Source: a virus
Taxonomy: Duplodnaviria; Caudoviricetes
Direction: 5' to 3' (one strand)
IMG/VR virus record: IMGVR_UViG_3300012914_000008
Coordinates: 1 to 25,014 of that record
DNA: 25,014 bases
Part shown: one piece after another, positions 1-9,572 of the stretch
How positions within the stretch are numbered: the first letter of the stretch is position 1
Layout of the letters: each line of letters starts with the position of its first letter
Notes under the pieces: model-generated
Database searches by the model: none
Told to the model about the DNA's origin: nothing
The model's input: only the letters and a program-made list of their open reading frames with translations
Program-made: the position numbers and the translations under genes

Positions 1-1
1 T

Positions 2-3000
2 AAAACTGCCGAAGAAAAAGTAAAAGCTGGTATAAGATATCGCGAATTAATGGATGATATGGCTAGGCTAAAGAGAAAACAAGATCTCAGATTAATTAGT
101 GAAATTGGTAATAAGCAATTGCGTTGGATAGATTCTATTCTTTCACAATCTGCTCCTAGTGCCACTCAAACTTATGCGGCAATTGAAGCGGCTAATATAT
201 GGAGTGGTTTAATAGATACATTATATGGGGATCAGTCACAAGTAGGCTCAGTAGATCCAGAATTTTCTAATTTACAATCAGCAGCTCAATTACGTAGAAT
301 TCAATTAGTAAATAATAAGGCGAGAGATGTTATAGTAGATGCTTTTGGAAATCGTATACCTATGAAACCAGAAGATTTTAGTACAAACATAGAGGAGATA
401 AATATACTGGAATCCAATCTTATTACATTAAGTAGAACTAAATCATTACTTGCTCAAGGTATAGCAGTATTAGGAAGACGCTCTGCTAATAATAGAGACG
501 AAGAAATATATCGTGTGAGTAAGAAATTAGATTGGATTAAAGGAGAAATGAAAAAATATAATATCAGACAGGACGCTTTCCTAGAAGATGGTCAGTGGAA
601 TTTAGCGACCCGGCTCACACATAAATGGTATGATATTACTTCTTCGTTAAGAAGGGAATTGGATACTAAATTGCATGATGCCGATAGTACTCAGGGAATT
701 AATGAAGTTGCACGTAAAGAAATGAAGGTACGTGCCTGGGAGAAATACTGGAAAGATATTTCTAAACATTCTGCATTTGTAGATACTAGAGCATTCTTTG
801 ATCTGACTGATGGTAGTATTAAAACTGATACAGTAGCCAGAAAAGCATTAGCAAAATTAACTGCTGAAGTAGGGTCGCAACAGTATGCTTCTGAGTTAGT
901 AGATCAGGCACAGGAATTATACAAAGAATATTTATCTGAAAGAGATATAGCGCATGATCACTTTGATAATTATATTCAATTGGAAGAAAGTGAAAAAGTA
1001 GGGTTATCTCAAACAGAACAAGATGCACTATTAACTAAGAAGAAAGATGATGCTTATAAGAACTGGCTATCTTATAATTCTCCAAATGAATTCATGGGTA
1101 AGATTAATGGTAAAAGTGCTAAGAGTAATGCAGGTGATAGATTTATAGTCAAAGCTCCTCGCAATAGTCAGGGTAATGATTTCTATAGCCAAAAATACCT
1201 GGATATACAGAATGACCCTATTAAAAAACCTATTTACGAACAATATCGCTCTATTATATCTGAGATGGTATCTTATTTACCGGCTACAGAACAGCAGAAA
1301 TTAGACGAAGATTTTCTCCCATTTGTAAGCCAGGATCTGGTTAATAGTTTAGCTAGTACAATTGGTAAAATCCGTAACTGGGATAGTTCTTTACTAAATA
1401 CCTTCACAGCAACTGAAGCCGAGGAATTTGCGCGTATACGACCTAATGAAATACCAGTTATGTATCTGAATGCTACAAAGAGAATGGCAGATGAAGGCAA
1501 TCAAAGCAAGGATATACTGAGAATAGCTGAAGTATTTTCTATGATGGCTTTACATTATAAACACATGGCTCCTGTACTTGACCAGATTAATGTAGCAGAA
1601 AGTATTATTAAAGAAGTACATCGTCAAAGAGTAGGAAAAGAAACTAGCGGTAAGCCATTAGAGAATTTACAGAAGAGTGTAGCTTATTTTAAGGATGCAT
1701 TAATCTATAAGAAGCCAAGAGAGTTACAAGGTAAAGTAGGCACAGAGATCTATTCTGCCAATCCTGCTAAGCAGCTCAAAGCACAGAATGAAGTGAAGGC
1801 ATTAATCAAAAGAAAGAATGAAATAGAAAAAGAGATTGAGGATCAGATGAACCTAGGAAATTTCCAGACACCGGATCTTGATCTTGAATTGGTAGATGTA
1901 AATGGAAAATTAGATGAATATGACGCCATGGCTCGTTATATCTATGCTTCCAAGGGAACTGACTTTTTGATATCCGTAAATCAGTTAAAGGCATTATCAT
2001 ATAATCCATTCTCAGCCGCTTCAAACTTCACATTTGGCCTGGTAAGTATGTTTATTCATGCAAGCGGAAGAGTAGATTATGATATGGCCACCGCTCGTCG
2101 TGCAATAGGATTAATGTCAAATTCAATGGCTAAATATTATAGCTTTGGAACATACGAAAACTCAGAAGCAAAGAAGATACTGGCTCTTATGGATCGTATG
2201 GGTATAATAGGTGAAGTAGTGGATAGCCAGATTGGTGGTACAAATATGAGGGATAGATCAAAAGGATGGAAGAGTGCTCTCGCTCCTTTCAACTGGCAGA
2301 AATCTGGTGACTTCTTTACCAAAGGCACTGTAATGGTAGCAATGATGTTGAAGAAACAAGTTGATGTAGAAGAAAACGGTGAAAAGAAAACAATATCACT
2401 ATGGGAAGCTATGGATACTAACGGACAATGGAATGAAGCTAAATATGGAGTACGTCCTGAATGGCTTTCAGATGAAGCTGCAGAGCAAACTGAATTGAAT
2501 AATTATCGTGAAAGAATAAGAAAGGTGGGTACTCTTGTATTTGGTAACCAGGATAAGAATGCCCCACTATTAGCTCGTAAGAATATGTGGATGAGATTAA
2601 TAGGTCAGTTTAGAATGAGTTGGTTACCAGAAGGTATTGCTACCCGCTTTATGGATGAAAGATTTGATGCTGAATTAGGAAGAAGTGTAAAGGGTAGATT
2701 TAAAAGCTATACTGATGTAGGAATATTTACCTCTGCTGGTGTACTTGTAAAGCAACTCTTAACGCAATTACCAGGTGTAAAAATAGATCCGTTCCATGGA
2801 GTAGTTGATGCAAAAGGAGATCCTATATCTGAATTGGATATAGAGAATCTACGTAAAAACTTTGCGGGATTAGCCTGGACAGTATTATTTGCTACAGCTA
2901 TACTTATGATGAGAGGTATATACGATGATGATAAGAAGAGAGGTAAGAAGAAAACTCTTTCTGCAATGCAAAGACAATTGCTTATCAATATGCTTATCCG

Positions 3001-3262
3001 TAATCATCAGGATTTAATGATGTATGCCGGCCCATCCACATTGGATACAGTAACTGGTAATTTATTACCAGCAACTGCAGTAGTAACTGATGCCTGGAAA
3101 GCATTAAAAGCAACTACCCATTATATGCTTGGAGATACCAGCAAAGAAAAAGATCCATTTGATAAGTGGATTATGAAAGTAACCAGGGCATTCCCGGTAC
3201 TTAATCTTTATCCAAAGACCAAATATATGCTGAAGAGAGATTTGGATGCGATCTCAAAATAA
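2..3262 (+). CDS. Large virion protein, 5'-truncated; probable crAss-like internal cargo/ejection protein
   Basis: Frame is open from position 2 (KTAEEKVKAGIRYRELM...), so the true start lies upstream of the window. More than 1080 aa, helical-looking, with a hydrophobic C-terminal segment (AGLAWTVLFATAILMMRGI). The QFRMSWLP...RF...GR..KGRF segment resembles C-termini of giant crAss-like virion proteins (from recall). Sits next to tail genes. Confidence 0.6.
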   Translation, partial: KTAEEKVKAGIRYRELMDDMARLKRKQDLRLISEIGNKQLRWIDSILSQSAPSATQTYAAIEAANIWSGLIDTLYGDQSQVGSVDPEFSNLQSAAQLRRIQLVNNKARDVIVDAFGNRIPMKPEDFSTNIEEINILESNLITLSRTKSLLAQGIAVLGRRSANNRDEEIYRVSKKLDWIKGEMKKYNIRQDAFLEDGQWNLATRLTHKWYDITSSLRRELDTKLHDADSTQGINEVARKEMKVRAWEKYWKDISKHSAFVDTRAFFDLTDGSIKTDTVARKALAKLTAEVGSQQYASELVDQAQELYKEYLSERDIAHDHFDNYIQLEESEKVGLSQTEQDALLTKKKDDAYKNWLSYNSPNEFMGKINGKSAKSNAGDRFIVKAPRNSQGNDFYSQKYLDIQNDPIKKPIYEQYRSIISEMVSYLPATEQQKLDEDFLPFVSQDLVNSLASTIGKIRNWDSSLLNTFTATEAEEFARIRPNEIPVMYLNATKRMADEGNQSKDILRIAEVFSMMALHYKHMAPVLDQINVAESIIKEVHRQRVGKETSGKPLENLQKSVAYFKDALIYKKPRELQGKVGTEIYSANPAKQLKAQNEVKALIKRKNEIEKEIEDQMNLGNFQTPDLDLELVDVNGKLDEYDAMARYIYASKGTDFLISVNQLKALSYNPFSAASNFTFGLVSMFIHASGRVDYDMATARRAIGLMSNSMAKYYSFGTYENSEAKKILALMDRMGIIGEVVDSQIGGTNMRDRSKGWKSALAPFNWQKSGDFFTKGTVMVAMMLKKQVDVEENGEKKTISLWEAMDTNGQWNEAKYGVRPEWLSDEAAEQTELNNYRERIRKVGTLVFGNQDKNAPLLARKNMWMRLIGQFRMSWLPEGIATRFMDERFDAELGRSVKGRFKSYTDVGIFTSAGVLVKQLLTQLPGVKIDPFHGVVDAKGDPISELDIENLRKNFAGLAWTVLFATAILMMRGIYDDDKKRGKKKTLSAMQRQLLINMLIRNHQDLMMYAGPSTLDTVTGNLLPATAVVTDAWKALKATTHYMLGDTSKEKDPFDKWIMKVTRAFPVLNLYPKTKYMLKRDLDAISK

Positions 3263-3274
3263 TGTATAACTTTA
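3241..3274 (+). promoter_or_regulatory. Putative Bacteroidetes sigma-A-type promoter for the tail genes
   Basis: TTTG at 3241-3244, 22-nt spacer, TAACTTTA at 3267-3274 (consensus -33 TTTG / -7 TAnnTTTG, last base A), 15 nt before ATG 3290. Confidence 0.45.
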
Positions 3275-3289
3275 CTCAAATTGTAAGCT

Positions 3290-4027
3290 ATGAGTTTCCA
3301 ACCTATAATTAATATAACTAATATACCTCGGGCAGCTACCAGTTTTGTCTTTACAGATATTACTGGTAGTTTTCCTACAAATCCCACTGGATATGGCGCT
3401 ACTAATGCTCCGGCAAACCAGGCAGCTATTACCTCAGTATGGGGAGAGGGTCAATTATATGGAGGGGAACCCGTAAAAGGAACTGCAGTATCTGGCACTC
3501 TGGGTACTTCAATTACAGTTCCCGTATCTCTGGCTGATGGAGTTCAATGGTTAAGAGCCCTATATGGTGAGAGCATCTCTTTTCTTTTCACAGTTTCTGC
3601 AGATCGTCTTACTCTGACAACATCTGATGTATTGCTAAGTTCTAAAATGAGCAATGTAGTAGCATTAGCTATCTCGAATCTGGATTACCCAGTGAGAATA
3701 CTATCTGTAGGAACAACAACTATATTATTAGCTGAACCTTTACCGGGAACTCTATCAGTATATAGTACTATTACGCGTTACTGGCAAGCAGAAGTTAGAA
3801 CGCTAATATTAAATTGTGCGGAAAGCTTAATAGGTAATCAGATATCTAAGTTACCATCACGTAGAGTAGATTGCGAGAACGGATGGAAAATATTAGATAA
3901 AGTGTTACTAAAATTGAATGCAGAATATGCTTTCAACTGTGGTAACTTTTCTGAAGCACATGCATCTGCTCAAATGATTTGTGGAACAACTAATTACTCA
4001 CTAACTAATTGTACAACCTGTGGTTAA
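3290..4027 (+). CDS. Putative tail-base/hub structural protein (245 aa)
   Basis: Beta-rich N-terminal part (DITGSFPTNPTGYG), helical C-terminal part ending in CTTCG. Lies between the giant virion protein and the fibre genes. The function is inferred from context. Confidence 0.45.
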   Translation: MSFQPIINITNIPRAATSFVFTDITGSFPTNPTGYGATNAPANQAAITSVWGEGQLYGGEPVKGTAVSGTLGTSITVPVSLADGVQWLRALYGESISFLFTVSADRLTLTTSDVLLSSKMSNVVALAISNLDYPVRILSVGTTTILLAEPLPGTLSVYSTITRYWQAEVRTLILNCAESLIGNQISKLPSRRVDCENGWKILDKVLLKLNAEYAFNCGNFSEAHASAQMICGTTNYSLTNCTTCG

Positions 4028-4325
4028 TTATTATCAAGTTATTGGCCCTGCTCTTTACTATACATTAGGAGATATAGATAGTGCAGAGATTACCAAAGTA
4101 TTAGATAAAGGACAAGCAGTACTAGGTAAATTAGCTTTAGAAGCTGGTTATAGTAGTTTGTATAGTATGCGTGACTGCAAACAGTGTGAAAGAATGTTAC
4201 TATACTTAAAACTATATGCTATTGAAAGTTGGGATAACACAGACAATGCATTAAATTTTTTCACCGTAGATCAAATGAAGGAACTACTGAATTCAGTAGA
4301 GCAATTATTTGGCTTATGCAATTAA
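4020..4325 (+). CDS. Small putative structural protein (101 aa), possible partner of the upstream protein
   Basis: GTG start overlaps the upstream stop. Helical, with CKQC and a C-terminal Cys. Fills the gap between neighbouring genes. Confidence 0.5.
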   Translation: MVNYYQVIGPALYYTLGDIDSAEITKVLDKGQAVLGKLALEAGYSSLYSMRDCKQCERMLLYLKLYAIESWDNTDNALNFFTVDQMKELLNSVEQLFGLCN

Positions 4326-4331
4326 TGAATT

Positions 4332-4790
4332 ATGATACGTACTCCTGTAAATACTGCTATTTGTCTGGGTTCCAGTGGAAGTTACTGTATCTCAGAATTT
4401 GTACTTCCGCAAATAGATTTGGATAATAGTTTAACTACTATAGTATCTGGTAATGGTAATATTTTCACTCCATTCAAAGTAGAAGTGAAAATAGATAATA
4501 CTGCCGGTAACGCCCTATCAGTAACAGGTCTAGGCTTGTATGTAAGTGCTACCAGTTCTGATATCATTGATGGTACATATACAACTACCGGTGATGGATT
4601 TACTGCTCAATTTAGTTGGTTACATGGATTAGGATTTAATCCAACAGCTACGGGATTTATAATTGATCCAATAAGTGCTGCTGCTCAGGGTATATACAGC
4701 AAAAGTGCAGACTCTTTAAGATTTTATGTGAACTATGATGTATGCCCTGTAGGTACATTGACTTATAACACAACTGTAAAATTACCATAA
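4332..4790 (+). CDS. Small tail-fibre-like/adaptor protein (152 aa)
   Basis: SGNGNIFTPFKVEVKIDNTAGNALSVTGLGLYV resembles a fibre-shaft repeat, followed by a small beta domain (FSWLHGLGFNP). Its TAA overlaps the next ATG (TAATG). Confidence 0.55.
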   Translation: MIRTPVNTAICLGSSGSYCISEFVLPQIDLDNSLTTIVSGNGNIFTPFKVEVKIDNTAGNALSVTGLGLYVSATSSDIIDGTYTTTGDGFTAQFSWLHGLGFNPTATGFIIDPISAAAQGIYSKSADSLRFYVNYDVCPVGTLTYNTTVKLP

Positions 4791-7729
4791 TGGCAAAGAA
4801 TTTCGCTACAAAAACCTTCGATACAATCGCAGAAGCAATAGCCCAGGCAGGGGTACCAGGTACAGCCTCTAAAGTCACAGTACTTGGATGGAGTACTCCC
4901 GGAGATGGAGGTGGTAGTGATTTATATTGGGACAATACATCTACAGAAACGCCTAACAATGGTACTATTTTCGCAGTACCTGGAGTATCCACAGGTAGAT
5001 TCAAACGTAATGTACCTCCTACTGGTATACCTGCAGCTTTCTTCAATATAAAAGGGGATGGAACAGATCAGGCTAGTAAAATAAATACTATGCTCTCTGT
5101 ATTACCATCAGGATCGGTAATAACATTAGAAGCAAATACTAGTTATGTAGTTGCTTCTATGCTCTCTATTACAAAACCCGTTACTATAATAGGAAATCAA
5201 AGTACCCTTAATTTCAACTTTACTTCTACATCTGCTATTAATATACAATCATCTAATGTTAAATTAGATTTATTGAATTTAACCGGGTCTTCTGGGACTA
5301 CTTATATTAGTACCTCGCATGGTATACTTATAACTGGCTCTACTACCTCTTCTTACTTTGATAACATAAGTATTACCAGATGTACAATTAAAAACTTTTC
5401 CTCTACAGCTATTCGATTCCGATATGTACGAAACTTCTCTATTTCACAATGTAACATCAGTAATATACCTTATGCTGGTATGCTACTACTATCTTGTGAA
5501 GATGGCCATATCTCTGATAATAATATAAAGAATATACATGGTACTGCTGCTCCTAGTGGTGGTAATGCTTATGGTATTGCTTTAACCAAGGATAACTTGG
5601 CAATAGGAGATTCTGTATGTAAAAGAATTACAGTAATTGGTAACAATGTAAACTACGTCCCTACTTGGGAAGGATTGGATACCCATGGAGCTGAAAATTG
5701 TACTTTCATTGGTAATACAGTAGTTGATTGTCTACGTGGAATATCTATTGTAGATGCTGATGGGCCAGAACCAGTATCACCAAAAAATGTAACTGCTACT
5801 GGTAATATAGTTGATAGTTTAGGTTTACCTGATGACGCTAATCGTTATTCAATCTACTTTACTGGCTCAGACTCTCCCGTAATATATGCAACCGGATCTA
5901 TTACCGGAAACTCTTTACGTGGCGGTGGTATTTATTTAAGAACTACAAAATCCCTAGTAGTTTCTAGTAATAATATATATCGACCATTGAATGGAGGTAT
6001 TTATATGTTACGTAATAATACTTGGGCAAATATCACCGGTAATATAATAGAGGATGTATTTGCAGAGGGTAGTATAAATACCGCTGCAATATTAATGACT
6101 TCTTCAGATAGTAATAGTGCATATATATCTGGTAATAGTTTAGTAAGAGGAGATAAAACTGTATCTAGTGGTACAATTAATGCCTATGGATTTAGATCCA
6201 ATAGTATAACAAATAATAGAGCAGTATTTGGTAAGAATGATTTTTCCAGGGCTGCAACAGCGCAATATGTTAATCATCTGGATCCAGCTACATTTACAGA
6301 TCTAGTTGCTACTCCAGAAGGTGCTATAATATCACCTCCAGGCAGCACTGCAGAATATCCGGCTACTGGAACAGTATACACTAAAGTAACTGGTACTAGT
6401 AATACAGGCTGGAAAGCAAATCTTGCAGGTTCTACATTACAAGGTATAACTACTAATGGCAATAAAACTCTTGATGCACTCGAAATAGACTATGATGCTG
6501 CTACTAACGGATTAAAACATATAAGTAACCCAAAAGGAGCATTCTATAATTCTAATACCGCTGTTACGGGAGTTATAAAGATTACAATGCCTTTTGGCTT
6601 CAATAATACGATGATGATACCTCGCATCAGAGTATTTAGTTATTCTGGAACTACACTGGGTTATCATTCTACTGTACAATTGTCAGGATGGAATGTTGCT
6701 TCAGCTATTTCCTGGAGAGGTTACTCTGCATCAGTCATAGGTAATAATGCATTTGGAAGTCTGGTTAGATTAGCTAATGATGGTACAAAGGCTTGTATAC
6801 TCTTAGGAGATGTAACTACTGTATGGAATAATCCAAAGGTGTATGTTGAAGACATAATGACATCTAATGCTGGTAACAATGCTGCATGGGATACTGGGTG
6901 GACTACTTCACTGGAAACAGATATTAGTTCTTATACATTGCTCACTACACCCATAACGCTAACTGTAACTGAAACTCCGATTCCTGTTTCACAAAAAGCA
7001 GTAGCATCGGGAATAGCTAGTTTGGATGCAAATACAATGCTGTTACCTTCCCAAAATGGGAAATTTAATATACAAAGTAAAACAGCTAGTTATACTATTA
7101 CTGGTACTGATTGGGGTATTATAATGAATAATATTGCTGCAGCAATTATTACTTTACCGTCAGCAGCGTCTGCTATAAATAGGACATACTGGATAAAGAA
7201 AGGATTAAATAATGCATTTACTGTTACCATTACAGCTGGAGAACAAGGAACTAATATCGTTTTAAGTAATCAAAATGATAGTGTACTTATACAATCAGAT
7301 GGCACTAATTATTATGTAGTAGCCAGAAAATTAGCGGCTAGCAGTACTCCTACATTAACTGATGTCACAACTGCCGGTAATACTACCACTAATATAGTAA
7401 ATGTGGGTTCTCTTGGGGTAGCTAATACCAGTGTATTAGGCGGAAGAGTAATTCATAAAGTCAGTTTAATAACAGTAGCAGGAGCAGTATCAGCAAGTGA
7501 TCATACTGTAATGGTAAGTAATACTGCAGATATAGTACTTACTTTGCCTACAGCTACTACAACAGATGGTATAGAGTACTATTTTAAAAAGATAAGTAAT
7601 AATGCTAATACTATAACGCTTACTCCTTTTGGATCTGAACTAATAGAAGGAGCAGGAACTAAAGTAATATCTACTTATTTAGATCATATTAGAATTACAT
7701 CTTACTCTAATAACTGGTATATAGTATAA
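4790..7729 (+). CDS. Tailspike/tail fibre with right-handed parallel beta-helix (pectate-lyase-like, putative depolymerase)
   Basis: N-terminal GWSTPGDGGG tailspike motif, GDGTDQ start of the helix, and many I-x-x-N-x-I/V beta-helix rungs. These are followed by a PEG...GTSNTGW motif, further beta domains and two C-terminal TLP-type fibre domains. N/T/S/G-rich. Confidence 0.85.
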   Translation: MAKNFATKTFDTIAEAIAQAGVPGTASKVTVLGWSTPGDGGGSDLYWDNTSTETPNNGTIFAVPGVSTGRFKRNVPPTGIPAAFFNIKGDGTDQASKINTMLSVLPSGSVITLEANTSYVVASMLSITKPVTIIGNQSTLNFNFTSTSAINIQSSNVKLDLLNLTGSSGTTYISTSHGILITGSTTSSYFDNISITRCTIKNFSSTAIRFRYVRNFSISQCNISNIPYAGMLLLSCEDGHISDNNIKNIHGTAAPSGGNAYGIALTKDNLAIGDSVCKRITVIGNNVNYVPTWEGLDTHGAENCTFIGNTVVDCLRGISIVDADGPEPVSPKNVTATGNIVDSLGLPDDANRYSIYFTGSDSPVIYATGSITGNSLRGGGIYLRTTKSLVVSSNNIYRPLNGGIYMLRNNTWANITGNIIEDVFAEGSINTAAILMTSSDSNSAYISGNSLVRGDKTVSSGTINAYGFRSNSITNNRAVFGKNDFSRAATAQYVNHLDPATFTDLVATPEGAIISPPGSTAEYPATGTVYTKVTGTSNTGWKANLAGSTLQGITTNGNKTLDALEIDYDAATNGLKHISNPKGAFYNSNTAVTGVIKITMPFGFNNTMMIPRIRVFSYSGTTLGYHSTVQLSGWNVASAISWRGYSASVIGNNAFGSLVRLANDGTKACILLGDVTTVWNNPKVYVEDIMTSNAGNNAAWDTGWTTSLETDISSYTLLTTPITLTVTETPIPVSQKAVASGIASLDANTMLLPSQNGKFNIQSKTASYTITGTDWGIIMNNIAAAIITLPSAASAINRTYWIKKGLNNAFTVTITAGEQGTNIVLSNQNDSVLIQSDGTNYYVVARKLAASSTPTLTDVTTAGNTTTNIVNVGSLGVANTSVLGGRVIHKVSLITVAGAVSASDHTVMVSNTADIVLTLPTATTTDGIEYYFKKISNNANTITLTPFGSELIEGAGTKVISTYLDHIRITSYSNNWYIV
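7070..7726 (+). repeat. Two diverged protein-level repeats (~85-95 aa) at the tailspike C-terminus
   Basis: IITLPSAASAINRTYWIKKGLNNAFTVTIT...NYYVV (~7070-7321) aligns by eye with VLTLPTATTTDGIEYYFKKISNNANTITLT...NWYIV (~7445-7726). Confidence 0.7.
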
Positions 7730-7744
7730 AAGCTGTATAGATCA

Positions 7745-7776
7745 TTTGGTTAGATCAAGCGTGCATGGTATCTTTA
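7745..7776 (+). promoter_or_regulatory. Putative Bacteroidetes sigma-A-type promoter for the membrane/lysis block
   Basis: TTTG at 7745-7748, 20-nt spacer, TATCTTTA at 7769-7776, in the intergenic gap 41 nt before ATG 7818. Confidence 0.55.
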
Positions 7777-7817
7777 TCATTGCACGTTTTTACTTACTCC
7801 TAAAACCCGGATACAAA

Positions 7818-8087
7818 ATGGCCGCTAAAATAGAAATACCCGTACCGTGGAATACTTGGACAAGGTTGGGGATAGTAGGCATACTACTTGGTATAATAGG
7901 TATGCAGCAAGTATGGCTTTCTAACGCAAATAAAAGGATAGATAAGTTACAGGATCAAACTAACGTATGGGCAGGAAAATTTATAGATAAAGCAGTACAG
8001 GAAGAAAAGCAGGAAAAGTTTGATCCAAAAGTGGCCGAATTTAAAAATACAGCTGATAGTCTTAAAACCATAATAGCACAACCATGA
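7818..8087 (+). CDS. Small single-pass membrane protein, holin-like (89 aa)
   Basis: Start moved from TTG 7746 to ATG 7818 (A-rich leader caaaATG; the upstream part holds the promoter). One TM segment (LGIVGILLGIIGM) then a charged coiled-coil-like tail. ATGA overlap with the next gene. Confidence 0.55.
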   Translation: MAAKIEIPVPWNTWTRLGIVGILLGIIGMQQVWLSNANKRIDKLQDQTNVWAGKFIDKAVQEEKQEKFDPKVAEFKNTADSLKTIIAQP

Positions 8088-8533
8088 CCATTCAATACTT
8101 ATATGGATTGCTTATCATAGGCATGTTGTCCATAACTACACTACTTACCGGCTCAGCTTCCAGTGCTGATAAAATTAAACAGGATACAATCCAGGTTGTA
8201 GTTGATACTGTACCTCCTGAAGGTATAGATACAATGATGCTCAAGCGTTTAGTGAAAGAGAAAGTAAGTGCAATGATCGAGGAGCAAGTGAATAAAATAG
8301 ATAGTATCAAGGATAATCTTCTTGATAGTGCGACTGAAGTTCAAAAGTCTCTTCCACCAATAAGAATTAAACATTGGAAACGACACGTAGATATTGAGAA
8401 AAGACCGCATATAAATAAGGATAAAAGTATAAATATCAGAATTTATAAATGGACCTGGTGGTACTGGATTCAAAAACGTGGAACTTATAGAGATACTGCC
8501 TGGGATAAGGTACAGATCCAAAGAATTCAGTAG
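8084..8533 (+). CDS. Membrane-anchored or secreted hypothetical protein (149 aa)
   Basis: N-terminal hydrophobic segment ending in SASSA (possible signal peptide), a helical middle, and a basic Trp-rich C-terminus (KWTWWYWIQK). Confidence 0.55.
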   Translation: MTIQYLYGLLIIGMLSITTLLTGSASSADKIKQDTIQVVVDTVPPEGIDTMMLKRLVKEKVSAMIEEQVNKIDSIKDNLLDSATEVQKSLPPIRIKHWKRHVDIEKRPHINKDKSINIRIYKWTWWYWIQKRGTYRDTAWDKVQIQRIQ

Positions 8534-8542
8534 ATTTGTATT

Positions 8543-8824
8543 ATGGATAAGTTGACAGATATCGCCCATGGATGGACTGAATTCATAAAAGGTCGTCCTT
8601 ATACTAGAGAATTAATGAATAAGCGCCTGGCAATATGTGATACATGCCCCAATAAAAGACAGATGACAGGTGCCGGCAAGATAATAGTTCAGTTAATAAA
8701 TGATAAAGCCAACACTTTTAAATGTGGTGAATGTGGATGTCCTCTATCTGCATTATGTGCTAATCCCTCTTCTAAATGTAAATTAGGTAAGTGGCTTCCT
8801 GCAGGAGAAGAATCTTACTACTAA
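8543..8824 (+). CDS. Cys-rich putative Zn-binding protein (93 aa)
   Basis: RLAICDTCP...CGECGCPL...C...CKLGKW pattern typical of a small phage zinc-binding family. Confidence 0.7.
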   Translation: MDKLTDIAHGWTEFIKGRPYTRELMNKRLAICDTCPNKRQMTGAGKIIVQLINDKANTFKCGECGCPLSALCANPSSKCKLGKWLPAGEESYY

Positions 8825-8833
8825 AATCACAAC

Positions 8834-9553
8834 ATGAAAAATCCAGGTATAATTGAAAGAATAGCTATTGTAGGGGCAACCCTATTGCTATGCCTCATTC
8901 TTTTTCACTTCTTTTATAAAAAGGCTCAGCGCAAAGAAGATACTATTATAAGAGAGATGCAATCTATAAAATTAGATAGTACGGATTATTGGAGAGATCG
9001 ATATGATCGTGAACATGCAGAGAAGTTTATGGTAGAAGGTACACTTGATCAAATAAAGACTGTATGGGGTACTGAACTAAAGTCTAAAGCAACTGAATTA
9101 AATGTGAAAGAGAAGCATATCCGGAGTCTCATGATGTTTAATACTGAGCAAGGAATTTCTCTGGATAGTTTAATAGATAGATACGTAAGGGTGAATATTG
9201 ATACTGTAAGAGGTGTAGCTGGCCAACCAAACAGGATTATTGCTAATTTACAATACACTCCAGGACTGAGAATATCTGTTAAGGATAGCCTTGGAATAGC
9301 CAATTATGTAAAGAAATCAGGATTCCTGAGATATAAAAAGCAGAATATGATCGATATTGTTTCCTATAATAATAGTCATATTAGTGGTATACAGAGTTTT
9401 AATATAAAGAACAGTGATCCAGTAGTAAAATTTCGCCCGGTTATATCCTTAATCTATACTAATAAAGAATTTGTACCAGCTATAGGTATCGGTGCTGAGT
9501 TTAAAATTTTGCACATTCCCATACTGCTTAGTGTATCTAAGGGATTGCAATGA
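8834..9553 (+). CDS. Membrane-anchored protein, possible spanin-like lysis factor (239 aa)
   Basis: N-terminal TM (IAIVGATLLLCLILFHFFY), a helical region, then beta strands ending in amphipathic strands (PAIGIGAEF...LLSVS). Last gene before the terminator. Confidence 0.5.
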   Translation: MKNPGIIERIAIVGATLLLCLILFHFFYKKAQRKEDTIIREMQSIKLDSTDYWRDRYDREHAEKFMVEGTLDQIKTVWGTELKSKATELNVKEKHIRSLMMFNTEQGISLDSLIDRYVRVNIDTVRGVAGQPNRIIANLQYTPGLRISVKDSLGIANYVKKSGFLRYKKQNMIDIVSYNNSHISGIQSFNIKNSDPVVKFRPVISLIYTNKEFVPAIGIGAEFKILHIPILLSVSKGLQ

Positions 9554-9572
9554 CCGTGCATAGGCCGGAAGC

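Noticed and set aside
4766-4792. Programmed frameshift fusing the 152-aa protein to the tailspike
   Set aside because: No canonical slippery heptamer. The TAATG overlap is explained by translational coupling.
4657-5046. 129-aa antisense ORF and the other short opposite-strand or nested ORFs in the track
   Set aside because: They lie within well-supported genes, show no motifs, and look like shadow frames.
7746-7817. TTG-started N-terminal extension of the holin-like gene
   Set aside because: It overlaps the predicted promoter. ATG 7818 has a better initiation context.
8084-8824. TAG recoding (as in some crAss-like phages) fusing the 149-aa and 93-aa ORFs, which are in frame across TAG
   Set aside because: The long late genes contain no in-frame TAG or TGA, coding density is already near complete in the standard code, and TAG ends genes right at terminators (9597, 11589).
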